Below, piece by piece: positions 1 through 12,439 of a DNA stretch of 64,000 nt. Position 1 is the stretch's first letter, and every line of letters starts with the position of its first letter. The DNA is from Epiperipatus broadwayi. Taxonomy: Eukaryota > Animalia > Onychophora. The stretch covers positions 14,136,001 to 14,200,000 of the forward strand of contig JAQFVV010000006.1 in the NCBI GenBank assembly GCA_028023455.1. Direction: 5' to 3'. The notes beneath the pieces were generated by a model. The model saw only the letters and a list, made by a program, of their open reading frames with translations. It was not told the DNA's origin and did not search any database. A program made the position numbers and the translations under genes.

Positions 1-7
1 AATTTTT

Positions 8-485
8 ATTACTCATTCATTAGACTAGAGATTATCCATTTAATGAATAATATTTCTGTAGTGTAATTTTCACTACATCACTCTCACACCAGGTAGTCAC
101 TGGTTTTTATCCACTTTTAACACTTTGTGGAGGGATGTAAATATAAACACATGACCAAAGACATGTGAAATTGATGTATGATCCCCAAGAGGCATATTTC
201 ATGCTGAACCAGCATTCACCAATTGGCTCAGATCATAATCTCATATTATTGTTCAGTATATAGAGATAGTCAATTACTGCTGTTTAATTAATAAGTATCA
301 CAAGGTGTTTAAAGTGGATAGAAACCAATTCCTACGTTGCTTGAAAGTAGTGTAGAGTAAATTACATTACAGAAATATTGATTAAATGGATAATCTCTTA
401 TCTAATGAATGACTAACAAAAATTATTAATATACTTCCATTAAGTGGTTTGTGTCAAAGTTGTGAGAGCAGTAAGTTTGACACTC
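8..485. mobile_element. Family A/B' fold-back with a decayed minus-strand hammerhead (about 185-240)
   Basis: 13-130 is an imperfect inverted repeat of about 299-412; homologous to 53100-53770. Confidence 0.7.
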
Positions 486-1149
486 ATCGATTAAATTGTA
501 ACAATTTGCAATATTGATTGCTTTCATTGGGGATTGTAGCTGAGAGCATTGAGCAGCTACTATTAGATAGCGTTGAAATATTTCAGAAAGAAAAGTTTAC
601 CCCGGAAGTTAACAGCTATCGTCGCAAGATATCAATAGCGTGTTCTATGTGTGGTCCTATTTGTACTTCACGAATTAATTTCCACAATTATTACAAAACT
701 CATCGTTAATGTATTATTACTGACTTTCTATCATTTGTCCTTCTACCTGGGGTTGGAATGACCATTCGTACTCGTTTGCGAGTGGCACTTGTTAAAACTG
801 CTTCTACTTCTGTTGATGATGTTTTTAACATTTGCTAGAAGATAATTTACATTAATACTAGAAAATATTTGTTTATCTGAAAATCAACTTTCTTAAAAAA
901 GACTTATGAACTAATCTGCTAAGTATGAATAGAGTTACTTTTTAGATTTAGCAATTATAAACTTTAGGAAGTACTCCAGATAATATTTATCTCTATTTGA
1001 TAACATTGTATTCTAGTATTATTTCTTGTTAAATGTTATCTATTAGATAACATTTTTAAAAGGCTAAATAATTTACACGAGAATTCCATTTCCTGTCATA
1101 GCAGGAAATAGTCATTCACAAAAACGCATCTAAACTTTTAAATTAAATA

Positions 1150-1224
1150 CGTTGTATCAAGTTAAACGCCGCCGCGGTCTCTCTCTCTCTCTCTTCACAT
1201 CTGTCCAAAAATAACACAAAGCAG
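1150..1224 (+). other. Possible non-coding first exon/promoter, perhaps of the methyltransferase gene
   Basis: Local CpG cluster (aacgccgccgcgg), a CT repeat and a good donor CAG|GTATGT at 1224/1225. The start is approximate, and linkage to the exon at 26081 is unproven. Confidence 0.3.
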
Positions 1225-1249
1225 GTATGTTACTTAGACAATTTATAAA

Positions 1250-1432
1250 TATATGCAGAAATCTCGATATATTGATTAGCACATTCTTTTGATATGCTTA
1301 GCCAAGAATTCAAACCCAGGTAGAATTTGGAAATGTTTTCAATATGCAGAAATCTCGATATATTGATTAGCATATTCTTTTGATATGCTTAGCCAAGGAT
1401 TCAAATCCAGGTAGAATTTAGAAATGTTTTCA
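1250..1432. repeat. Tandem duplication of about 90 bp
   Basis: aatatgcagaaatctcg...aaatgttttc twice, with few differences. Confidence 0.9.
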
Positions 1433-2509
1433 AATAACTTAAAATCGGGATTTTATCAAGCATTCAGTTCTTGCCAATCCAGGAGGAATAAAAAAAGAAC
1501 ATCATAAACCTTTTTATCTGCCATTTGGTTGACTTAAATTGTTACCTCCTCAAACTCTACAGAGAGTTTTTGAAGACAATCTTTTATCCTATATATATAC
1601 TGTATAAATTATTTGTTTAAATGTAAACTAGTTTAAATTTGTATATCCAATACTTAAGCCAATCTAGCTGCTGTGGAAAGCGCCTCCATATGGGAGCTCC
1701 ATTTTGATTAGGACAAATTATTTGCTACAATCAAAAATGTTAGGATTGCAATTCAAGACTTTAGTAGAATCTTAAGGTTTAATATTGATGTTCTTCTTAT
1801 CTTATTTCAAGCATTACACGAATAAAAGTTGATCAGTGATAAAAGAGTACAGTGTAGGGCGACTTTGAAATAACGGGGGACATTGAAATAACCGCAATCT
1901 TCTGTGATGATTTAAGGAAGGTTGTAGGTTGTTAAAAAATTATATATCAGGAAGATTAAAATTCGTTTTTGGATTTAGTCAGTAAAAAGTAAAATATCTT
2001 TAATTTGTGATTTCTGTTTATATGTGTGGTAACTATTGGAAAATTGGAGATATATCTTTTAACATAGTTGCCACATGTTGGCATCATATTTATGTAACGG
2101 TAAGGAATATATTCATTTATGTAGCAGAGAAAAAAGTTACAAGTAATGAAATTTAGAATATATATATATACTATGTATTGGGATATTTCATACTAATACC
2201 TAGGGGGCCAGACTATAATCTAGAAACTGTACATTTAATTTAAATTGAAAACATCCAAGTTTTCTTAAATAACTTTAACGATTTTATTCACCCTGAATAA
2301 TGCATGTATTGGTAATAATTTAGTAGTTCAACTGGCTACTGGTTAGTTGAAAAGCACTAACAATATAATCACGAATTAGTTCATATGTCTAATGATAAAC
2401 CAATAAACAATTACATAGCTAATTAGAGCTCATCTCTAACTCCATGATTTCTTAAAGTTTTTATTTAAATAACTGAGCACTGATTATATATATGTGTGTG
2501 GGGGATGAT

Positions 2510-2564
2510 AATCTAGGTCAACTGATGAGTGCTGGTTCAGCATGAAATACATATATTGGTGATT
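2510..2564 (+). ncRNA. Hammerhead, family B (core intact)
   Basis: AAUCU-AGG-UCAA CUGAUGA GUGCUG-GUU-CAGCAU GAAA U-ACAU-A UA UUGG-UGAUU; AUA cleavage site. Confidence 0.8.
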
Positions 2565-4038
2565 ATTTATTTTTTCTGCATGTGTATGGTCATGTATCAA
2601 TAGTGTGGATAGAGGTGAAGGTTGCTTGAAAATCTGAGTTCAAATCCCATATATTTAAATAACTTCCGTAAATTTCAGAAAATCTTTCAAAAGCAATCTT
2701 AAGTAAGCACCTTGTTGCTTACTCTTTTATTGGGTCACATTTGGCAAGAGCTCTTTTCTGCTACCAAATATTATCTCAACTGCACTATCTCATTTCACTC
2801 TTTTCTTGGAGTTTCACTAATCTGGTTTTTCACTTTACTCCCCACCCCCTCCTCTCTTCCTTTAATAGTTTTGCAGGCAATTTAATTACTTTATTAATTT
2901 GTATATTGTTAGGGCTTTTTTGAAATGCAAATTAGACTGTATGTCACTTACATTTAGACTAATTCTCTTTTCTGCATATAATTATTTCTAGAGTGATTCA
3001 ACATTGTCTGTACTGACCAGCCTGTACACACATGCATGCATGTAATATTTAAATATACGTTTAATGTCTATACTAAACTTAATGTAATTAGAAGGGACTT
3101 AAACTCAAACTTTCAAGCTCCCTACAACAATTTATCTTATACAGCTGATATACATAACCACATTCATGTGAAAAAATAAATGATCTCCAATATATATATA
3201 TAGGGAGCTTGAAAGTTCCGAGTTCAATTCTTTTATAAATACATACATGTATATGCATACTTATTAATAACTACATAACCAATCTATACACTACATGCAC
3301 TAATAATTTATGCATTGGTTTATTGTTTCATTTATATAATAAGAATTTTCCATGATCAATAATCTAAATGACAACCCTATTTCCATTTTGTACTCTCTTG
3401 ATTTTCTATATTTGCATTTGAGAATTTAATAATAAATTATTAATTTTTTTTACTATCATCATAAAATATTCATTCCTGATCTTCTGTGCATTTCTGTTTA
3501 CTATATATTAAAACTATTCTTACTTGTTGGTAGTTGTTCTTTTATTCTAACTCTCTTCCTTTTATTAATTAGTATACTTTTCTGCCCCAATCTTTACTAC
3601 TGTACTAAATAATAGGCTATATGGCTTTATTCTTCATCAAAACCAGAAGGATGTGAGTAAATTCCAAGAAATCACTAGATAAGGATTTTATGCACAAATC
3701 TTTTTGCATCCATTAATTACTATAGCTTACACTAGGTGGCACTACAGTATGAATTTGTCAATGTTTTAAATTATCAAGAAAACCTGATAGCCATCATGTT
3801 TATCTCTTTATCATTTTCAAAGCTACATCATCTCTAAAATTTTAAATCTATTTACAATCTATCCCATTTTGTTGACATAATTTTAATTCTACAATAATTC
3901 TTATCATTATCCAACTTAATATAAAAATCAAGCCCCCATTTTTTATATATTCACATCTCTGTTTATTTTTTATAAATTCATTAAATTATGTTCTTTCAGA
4001 TAATGCTTACATTATATTAATATTTTTTTCCTTCCATG

Positions 4039-4129
4039 TGTCAAAGCATCGGCCAGGAAGTGAATTTGCAAACCGGGACAACTGCTTGTAAAGCAGCTAT
4101 GTTGACCACTCAATCACCAACGCTTGACA
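4039..4129 (-). mobile_element. tRNA-Gly-derived element, anticodon TAC, T-loop insertion
   Basis: The reverse complement aligns with 8367-8450, including TGTCAA/TTGACA ends. Confidence 0.8.
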
Positions 4130-4386
4130 TACATTTTCATTACATTATTTATAAAATTAAATTTTCCACTTATTTCTTTTATAACTATATTTTTTTATTT
4201 CCAACATACTTGTTTAAAAATGAAAAACAAAGTTTTTTCTTTATTATTATAATAAAATAACTCCTAATAATTTCTTTATTGTTAATTCTTTTTGTTTCTT
4301 CTTCTTTATCTTTTACACATTGTTTTATTAACAAATATAATTAATAACACATTTTATTCACTGCATCATATTGTTTCTATGATTAT

Positions 4387-4424
4387 CTTACAGTTTCAAC
4401 TGCTCAGCAGACTTCTTCAGAGCT
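4387..4424 (-). ncRNA. Hammerhead, family G
   Basis: AGCU CUGAAGA A GUCUGC-UGA-GCAGUU GAAA CUG UA AG. Confidence 0.55.
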
Positions 4425-4664
4425 ACAAAAAATTTAATTTCCCATGATTATATAGAATTGATATATATAACTATATCTAAACATACACAATTCATATTTT
4501 AATTACAATTAATTTTTGTAATTATATTACATCTTAAATTTATGTTATTATTATTTTTTTTTTATAAGGTATTGTTTTATCTTATAATCTTTTATAAACT
4601 GTACAACTTTTATACCTAATTTGTATTTAATGGGTGAAAGAACAAACAGGTGTTAATGATATCA

Positions 4665-4915
4665 TTAAAAGAAATGAGAGACCGAAGTGGAGTTGGGCTG
4701 GACATATTGCTGGAAGAGATAATAGGTGGTCAGTTGAAATGTTAAACCAGATTCCAAGAGATTGTAAAAAACCTATAAAGAGACCATGTGAGATGGATTG
4801 ATAAGAAAGTGTGTAATGGTGATATGCAGAAGAGAGGTTAGAGATTAGGGAAGATGGATTGAACTTAAAGAGACCTTCATTCTGCAGTGGATTGATAATG
4901 GTTAAAAATGTTGAT
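4665..4915 (+). mobile_element. RTE-clade 3' end
   Basis: WSWAGHIAGRDNRWSVEMLN.IPRDCK. Related pieces lie at 9790-10030 (+), 34480-34740 (-) and 34960-35140 (-). Confidence 0.78.
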
Positions 4916-6091
4916 AGATTTTTTAATTATTAATTAGTGTAATTTAATTAATTTTTAATTTAATTTATGAATTTAAACTATATTTTTCTTAATTAAATCT
5001 GCTTATTTATGTACATATATTCAAACACGTTTTAGTTTTGATAACTGCTTGCCATCCTTCTATTTTTGGCCTTTTATTAATGAAATTATTCACCTGTCAG
5101 GCAATCTATTTTATTTTTAACACAGGTAAACTGCTGTGAAATCTTTGTCCAATTAGTTCTTTCTCACCTGCTTTTGATGCTTGTCCTTTTCTGAAAACCC
5201 AATTAAAAATATTTTAACTGCTTACTATCTACCAAATATTCTCACTTTATTTTGTTTGCATCCTTCCAAAAAAATTTGATCATCCTATCTTCCTTTGAAT
5301 TGCTTCTTTTGCTGTTTACATACATCCAAAGCATGTTTTTTTATTTCTCTGCGAATTTAACTTTGTAAAGCATCATTTCCACATTTCTCTTTTATGCAGT
5401 TCTTGCTACAACAATCCTATTGTATGAAAACAGTTAAATTATTTATTAGCATCCCCCTCACATAACTTATGAATTTTATTTGACAAACTCTTTATACAGT
5501 AGACCTAGGCAGAGGTAATAGTGATCATGTGATGTTTAGTGGTTTAAGGTCAATTTTATTCCCAATCACCCAAATAATCTTTTTAATTACATAAAATGAT
5601 TCCTAAATTATTATATTTATTTGCTACATTCAAAGTTATTTGTCCTAAACAAAACTTTTTTTTAGTCACTTTTACTGGCACTATCTGCTGTAATGTAACA
5701 TTAAATAAAGGTAGAAGTTTCTTAGGATATATGCCCAAAAATCTGATAGCCAAGTTACATTCCCTCCATCAAAAACTCTTGATATTACAATAAAATGATC
5801 TATTTTTTTATTCTTATTACCCAATTACTTCTCCAACCTTAGTTCATGTTTTTTTAGCTTATCTCATTTTAATAAAAACTGTTTGGATAGTTAAACTATC
5901 CTACCCTTCTATTATCCAATTTTATTTATAAGGATTTAAACATTATAAAATCTCTATTTCTGTCATCTCTTTTCTTTAAATGTATCTCACTCTTTATACA
6001 GTATTTATATTCCGATTCTCTTTCAACATCCTACATTCAAAATCCATTGATTTTTGTTTTCATTTCTTAGTATATTGAAGTCCTGATTGAT

Positions 6092-6718
6092 TGTGATGTT
6101 GATATGCCACAGTATGGCTTCTCTTTTCTCCAAGTCAGGAATATCTATGCCCCTATGCCCAGAGAAACCTGTTACCCACCTTTCTTTTCCTTTTTATTCT
6201 CCACCCTAAGTTTTTCCCATATTCTTCACTATCCTGCTCCATCCCATTTCAATAACATTATCTCTCAACTCTATAGCCTTTATATTTAAATCTTCCATAA
6301 TCTTTTCTCAAATCCAGCGTAAAACCAAGAACCCACTTTCTGTATAATTACTTTGTTTATATTTATTCGTCCACAACTTCATTATTTGTACCCTTTCTGC
6401 TTGTAGGCATTTACATTCAATTAACAGATGCCTAATATTTTCTATGCCTTCCTAACATAATTTGCAGAGTAATTCACCAATATTTCTCCATTTATGTGTA
6501 TAGCCCCTTGTTGCTAATAATCCTGTTCAAGGCTTAAACATTAAACTACTTTCCTTGCTATTAAATTAACTCACACCCAATATTATGTTTACTTCCATAT
6601 ATATTTAAACTTTTTTTACTCTTCATACTAGTTCTCCATTTCTCCAATATTGTTTATTAATGCATCTATCCTTCCATCCTATTCGGTACCATTATAACAC
6701 TCAACAATTCTCCTAACA
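6092..6718 (-). mobile_element. LINE family H fragment (continues at 7366-7425)
   Basis: Aligns with 56740-57400. Confidence 0.8.
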
Positions 6719-7365
6719 AAGCAAAACTCTCCATACAGTATTGCCACCCTGTGCCAACCAGAGTAATCAATGAAATGCCAGAAGGCTTGTGCATAAAATC
6801 CCTATCTAATGCCTACTCATCCAATATCCCCAGACTAGTTTCTGGCTTGTGGCCATCGTCAGTGAGGAGCTCTGGATCTGAGAGCACTGCACCTAGATCT
6901 TAGGATCTAATGCAACCCTCCAGCACCCACATTTTATCTCTACTTAACTACAAAACTATGAGAATGAAATTGGGAAAACACAAAAATGTTTTCAATCTAA
7001 GCTCAATAGCTACTTAACTACAAAATTATGAGAATGAAATTGGAAAAACACAAAAATGTTTTCAATCTAAGCTCAATAGCTTATATAGTCATATGGGTCT
7101 GAACTCAGTTCAGTACCCATACATTTTGGTGTCTTTGGCGTTTTAGCAACGCCACCACTATCCTATTAGGCAGGATTGGTGTTAAACCATTAAGCATCAC
7201 ATGATCACTATCTCTTATACTAGCACATATTTGTTTATAAACAAAGCAAAACTCTCCATACTCTGGTTGGCACAGGGTGGCAATACTGTATGGAGAGTTT
7301 TGCTTTGTTTATAAACAAATATGTGCTAGTATAAGAGATAGTGATCATGTGATGCTTAATGGTTT
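6719..7365. mobile_element. Composite family D insertion into a LINE fragment, with 13-bp TSD
   Basis: AATTCTCCTAACA at 6706-6718 and 7366-7378, with LINE sequence resuming afterwards. It contains the hammerhead, a 70-bp tandem duplication (about 6941-7080) and a perfect 80-bp hairpin. Confidence 0.8.
6827..6868 (-). ncRNA. Minimal type I hammerhead ribozyme, family D, fully canonical
   Basis: UCCUCA CUGACGA UGGC-CACAA-GCCA GAAA CUAG UC UGGGGA: 6-bp stem I, 4-bp stem II, palindromic CUAG loop III, GUC cleavage site. Confidence 0.88.
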
Positions 7366-7857
7366 AATTCTCCTAACACAATCATCCCACCTTTTGTATA
7401 AGTATACTGACATAAAGTCTGATTATTATTGGTTTAATAATAAGCTCCCTCTACTGTTATTATGCATTTTTTATACTCTATATAATTTTTTATTTAACTC
7501 CAAATTATTATTATTCTGTATTCGTTTTTCACAACTCTAATTCTTTTTCTCAACCAACTCATTCGTTTTCTTTGCTCATTTCTTATAATAAATAATCGAA
7601 TGTCTTTATTCCTAGGTAGTTTATAAGAAAATTCGAGCACTGAAGATGCCGGAATCAGAATAGATCCGAGGAGTTTATTCTCTAATCTAATACACTACCC
7701 TAAATCACAAAGGGCTTCTCGCAAAATTATGTTCCTGCAATACATTTTGTACACGTATGTCCCATTTTTTAAATATTTGAAACGTCCCATAGTTATATTA
7801 TTTCAGTCACAACCACCCGTTAAATAAAGAAAGCTCAAATTTTAGCACTTCACTGAT

Positions 7858-8190
7858 AAGCCATTAAACATCACATGATCACCATTTCTTATGCTTGCTT
7901 ATAGCTGTTATTAAAACAGGCAAAACTCATTATACGTATTGCCACACACAGCAAGTTAGAGTAATCAATGGATGCCAGAAGGCTTGTGCATAAAATCCCT
8001 ATCTAGTGCCTACTCATTCAATATCCCCAGACTAGTTTCTGACTTGTGGCCTTCGTCAGTGAGGAGCCTTGGATCTGAGAGCACTGCACCTAGATCTTAG
8101 GATCTAATGCAACCCTCCTTGCTGGCATCAATTGATTACTCTAGCTTGCTATGTGTGGCAATACGTATAGTGAGTTTTGCCTGTTTTAGC
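7858..8190. mobile_element. Family D copy with an inverted terminal segment
   Basis: About 7915-7975 is mirrored at 8128-8190; hammerhead at 8024-8065. Confidence 0.8.
8024..8065 (-). ncRNA. Hammerhead, family D (core intact, weaker stem II)
   Basis: UCCUCA CUGACGA AGGC-CACAA-GUCA GAAA CUAG UC UGGGGA. Confidence 0.75.
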
Positions 8191-8366
8191 ACTTCACTGA
8201 TACTTGAAATAAATTAACTATTTATTAATTTTGCACATTACAAAACTCAACGTGTTTTGTTACCTCCACCATAATTATGCATTTAAGTACTATTTTTGCT
8301 AATTCATTTCATCCGTTTATTGAACGCTAATAAACATTTAAAATTTAGTTTTGATTTCTGCTATTA

Positions 8367-8450
8367 GTCAAGCGTTGGTGGCCGAGTGGTTAGCACAGCT
8401 GCCTTACAAGCAGTTGTCCCGGGGTTCGCTTCCCGGCCGACGCTTTGACA
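8367..8450 (+). mobile_element. tRNA-Gly(TCC)-derived short element, anticodon loop CT-TAC-AA
   Basis: GCGTTGG TG GCCGAGTGGTTAGCAC A GCTGC CTTACAA GCAGT TGTC CCGGGG TTCGCTT CCCGG CCGACGC T. Collinear with eukaryotic tRNA-Gly(TCC) and flanked by GTCAA / TTGAC. Confidence 0.85.
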
Positions 8451-8639
8451 CATTAAAAAAAAAAAATATTAGGACATCTGCCGAGAGATTTTTAAATTAA
8501 ATGAATTTAATTTTACATCTTCGAAAAATAGTTTTATTAAAAAAAATCAATTATTAATCCCCTATATTACAGCTAGATTCAAGGTATATAAAATATATTC
8601 GTATTTAAAATATTACAAATACAGCCTGTATCCTGCTCA

Positions 8640-9030
8640 TCCCTTTTATGGACAAGGTCCTATACACGAGGGGATCAGAGTGACTTAAGGTCAACATGGG
8701 CATGACAATAATATTGGCATTAACAAGGGATTTGGGTATTCCATCATCAGATTTTCAATGGTACGGATGGTTGAAGAGTTGGAGGGTAGAGAAGATTGAA
8801 GCCTGTCCATTAAAGTGTGAAAATTTGCTATAATTAACATTAACCGAGCATTGATTATATATATATGTAGAGATGATGATCTGGACCAATTGATGAGTGC
8901 TGGTTCAGCACGAAATATGTATATTGGAGATCATTCATCTTTTTCACATATATATCAGTTATATGAGATAGAGTAGACGGCTGAAGGGAGCTTGAAAGTC
9001 TGTTCAAATCCCCTATATTATTATAACTAT
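8640..9030 (+). mobile_element. Family B repeat unit (PLE terminal-repeat-like)
   Basis: Homologous to 14905-15250 (-), 20850-21620 (mixed), 23385-23960 (inverted pair) and 2470-2660. Confidence 0.75.
8878..8932 (+). ncRNA. Hammerhead, family B (C3U variant, perfect stems)
   Basis: GAUCU-GGA-CCAA UUGAUGA GUGCUG-GUU-CAGCAC GAAA U-AUGU-A UA UUGG-AGAUC. Confidence 0.7.
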
Positions 9031-9437
9031 ACTCCAGGTATGTAAAATATATTCGTATTAAAAATATTATTGAACTCTTTGTAAAAAAGAGTGGATAATA
9101 ACATTTATTTTGCAAAAGCAGTTTCTATTTTAATATATTATCCGCAGCTGTTTAAAAACTTTTAAGTGACTTTTTTTTTTCAGTTTTTAAATTGAAATGA
9201 CTATTTTTCCAGTTTTTTTCTTTTTTTGATAAAATATTTTTACATCTCAAGGTTGTTTACTAATATATTTAAACGTGTTAAAGAATGATAACACTCGTTA
9301 TCGTGATTAGACTGTCTTCTGAATACATTGTCTGGAAATGCTAAAAACTTGCACCACTAATCTGTACTCTCTTAAAGCCATTTGGATTAAAATATATATA
9401 AACAAATTCTAAACATCGTTCTCAAGTATATATATTC

Positions 9438-9535
9438 GTCAAGCGTTGTTAGCCGGGAGGTCATCGCAGCTGCCTTGCAAGCAAGTAGTTGGTTGCAGAC
9501 GGTTGTGGGTTCGCGTCCCGGCCGATGCTATGACA
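9438..9535 (+). mobile_element. tRNA-Gly-derived element, anticodon TGC, expanded variable region
   Basis: gtcaagcgttg...gcagctgccttgcaagca...gggttcgcgtcccggccgatgctatgaca. Confidence 0.75.
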
Positions 9536-10244
9536 TATGGGGGGGGGTATATATATTGAACTAAATAACTATATTTTTGGTTTGAAACTGTTTACAGGAA
9601 ACTCTATGAAGTCTGGATCAAGATGCTGTATTGGTTTGATGTAGAATCTTTAATTTGAATCGATTAAAATTGGCTTGGTTTCAAAACCTTATTTGGATTT
9701 GAGGGTTTTGGCTTGAATAGTAAAATGAAATTAAAGGTAAAATGCTAAAGCGTAACTTTCACCTTAGAATCTCAAATTTCAGTGATAAAGACAAAATCAA
9801 AAAACGGGTTGGGAAATATTGGTAGGAAAGATGATAATAGAAAATCGCTGAAATTTTAAACTGGATTCCAAGAGATTGTAAAAGACCTAGAAAAAGCCCA
9901 ACGTGTGAGATGGATGAATGGAATAAGGAAGTGTTATGGAGGGCTGTGCAGGAGCAGAAGTTAAGATGCAAAATTGGATTAAACTTGGACTTTCATCCTG
10001 CCATGTGTCAATAATGGTTGAAAATTGTAATGATAATGAATTGTGAATTAGTAGAAAGCCATAGATGAGAGTAAAAATATCAAAAGTATAAAACAACATA
10101 TTAATATTGGAAGAAACATTATTTATGAAATAAGGGATGGAAATCAGTGATTATACAACCTTACTGTAGGTGGTGCTGGAGTAGAGAACTGCTATGTTAT
10201 ATAAAATAAAGAGTTAGATAATTGATTATTCTAATATTTAAGCA

Positions 10245-10790
10245 TTGTCATTGTCAACCATCATCAGTACCCTGCAGAATGAAGTTCTCTCCAAGTTTAA
10301 TCCATCTTCTTTGATCTTGAGACCCTCTTATCCATTCCACCCCAGGCCACTTTCTTATTTCATCCATCCATCTATATTGTCTCTTTCTAGGTCTTATTAC
10401 AATCTCTTGAAATCCAGTTTAAAATTTCAACTGTCCATCTATTATCATTTCTTGTAATATGTCCAGTCCAACTCCACTTCAGTCTAATTTTTTCAATAAT
10501 ATCAGCAACACCTGTTTGTTTTCTCACTCATGTATTTCATTTTTGATCTCTTCTGGTTACTCCTAACATCTATCTCTCCATACTTCATTTGGTGGTTTGA
10601 AGTCTCTATATTGCTATTTTGGTAAGTGTTCAAGTCTCAGATCCATAAGTAAGAACTGGTAAAACACATTTATTAAAAAGCTTTCTTTTCAAACTCATAG
10701 GCCTATTTCCTTTTAATATTAAGCTATTTTTACTAAAAGTACCCCAACCAATTTTAATTCTATGATTAATTTCATCCATTATGTTTTCAT
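10245..10790 (-). mobile_element. RTE-clade LINE 3' fragment
   Basis: RIKIGWGTF, KCVLPVLTYGSETWTLT, WSWTGHI, DNRWT..ILNW. Confidence 0.85.
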
Positions 10791-12439
10791 CTGTAGTAAT
10801 AATCTGACCAAGATATTACAAAATTATTAATCACAAGCCAGTTATTACTCTAAATCCTATTAAAAATATGATGTTTTAAATAATATAAACTTTATAATTT
10901 TTTATGAACTTATCATTTTTTATTAAAACCATTTTTTTTTTCAATATATATATTTTTTTACTAAAGTAATATGTTTTATGTGATTTGTAGGGGAAACATA
11001 TATCTTTAGAAATAATAAAAAATAATTTTAAAAATATATTTTTAAAAAAGGTTACGTATAACCAAAAAGGGATAAATATTGAATTTTTACCAGTAAATAA
11101 TGTGTATCTCAATAAAGATAGTACTACAACTGCATGTTCTCCATCTCAAATTACATATAAAAAATAATCATATACTTCATTAATTTATTATATATACATA
11201 TGTAGGGCAGCTGTGAATTACCCTATATTTTGTTTTAAGCTCCCTCTTCTGGTATTAAAATATATATAGTGTATGTAGCTCACATTTTGTTGATAAACAT
11301 TACTTAGAATAGAATACATAAACTGCAAATATACAGTACTTTTCAACACACACTTATACATAACATGGACACTTTTTTATATATGCATATAAATCATAAT
11401 TATAGTATGAATAAAATTAAAAAAATAATAATTAATAAGAATTTGTGGGTACACATTCACATATTTTACAGAGTCTGTGTTCACTCATACATTCACTGAA
11501 GCATAAGAAAAAAAACTATTGTATTTTTATTTTTAAAATAAAGTAAATAGCAAAATGTCTTATTTTCCTATCTATTATTTTAAATATATTCTGCACAATA
11601 TTCTTTTTCTCTCAATATCTTTTTAGTGATCTTGTTGTAAAAAAGTAGAATCTTTCTAATTATTTTGACAATTGTAAATCAATATCAACTTTTATTAAGT
11701 TCTAAAATTTTGTAAAACTTTTAGCATTATGCTCAATTATAGAACATCAAATTTGGAAAGAATAATAATAAAATATATGTTCTCTCAATAAAACAGGAAA
11801 TTTTATTAATATATATAATTTTATATAGCACTCAGAGAAAGAAAAATGACTGCCAAATATAAAATTTATGAGTTTGTTTTATTTGTTTATTTACATTTAG
11901 TTTATTTACATTTTCCTTTGGATAGTTTATAATTGAAGTCATGTATATAAATGCAATATAATTTGCAACTTCACTGTATGTTAATTTTAAATTAAAACAA
12001 AAAATATATATTTATTATTAGTTTCTTTTTCTTGTTAGATCCACTAATGGTATTCATTGAAGTTATGTCTTTCCATCTATATTCAATGTAAGACAAGAAA
12101 TTCTATTTATAGACCAAAATTATAACTAGGTATAGGTGTCATAGGAGAAAATTCATGAGCTTCAGTTAACTATAATAACACCAAAGCATGCTATGGTATC
12201 TCCAGAAGCAGTGGTGGGGTAATAACTCCATAGTGAAATATTTTGTAAGGGTCAAAGAATAGATTGTTATCTGTACACAGTCATTCAAATATTGATTGCT
12301 TAAAAGTCCAATGTTAGCACTTTAGTTGCTGTTATATGTTAGACTATTTCCATCATTTAACATTAAATATTGAATATCTTTTAGAAAAAATTTTAAACTT
12401 TATTTAAATTTTTCAATTACATTTTACTGTTAGTAATAG

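Noticed and set aside
7636-7675. Hammerhead at CTGAAGATGCCGG
   Set aside because: The 5' core and part of stem II are present, but there is no GAAA or stem I; at most a truncated remnant.
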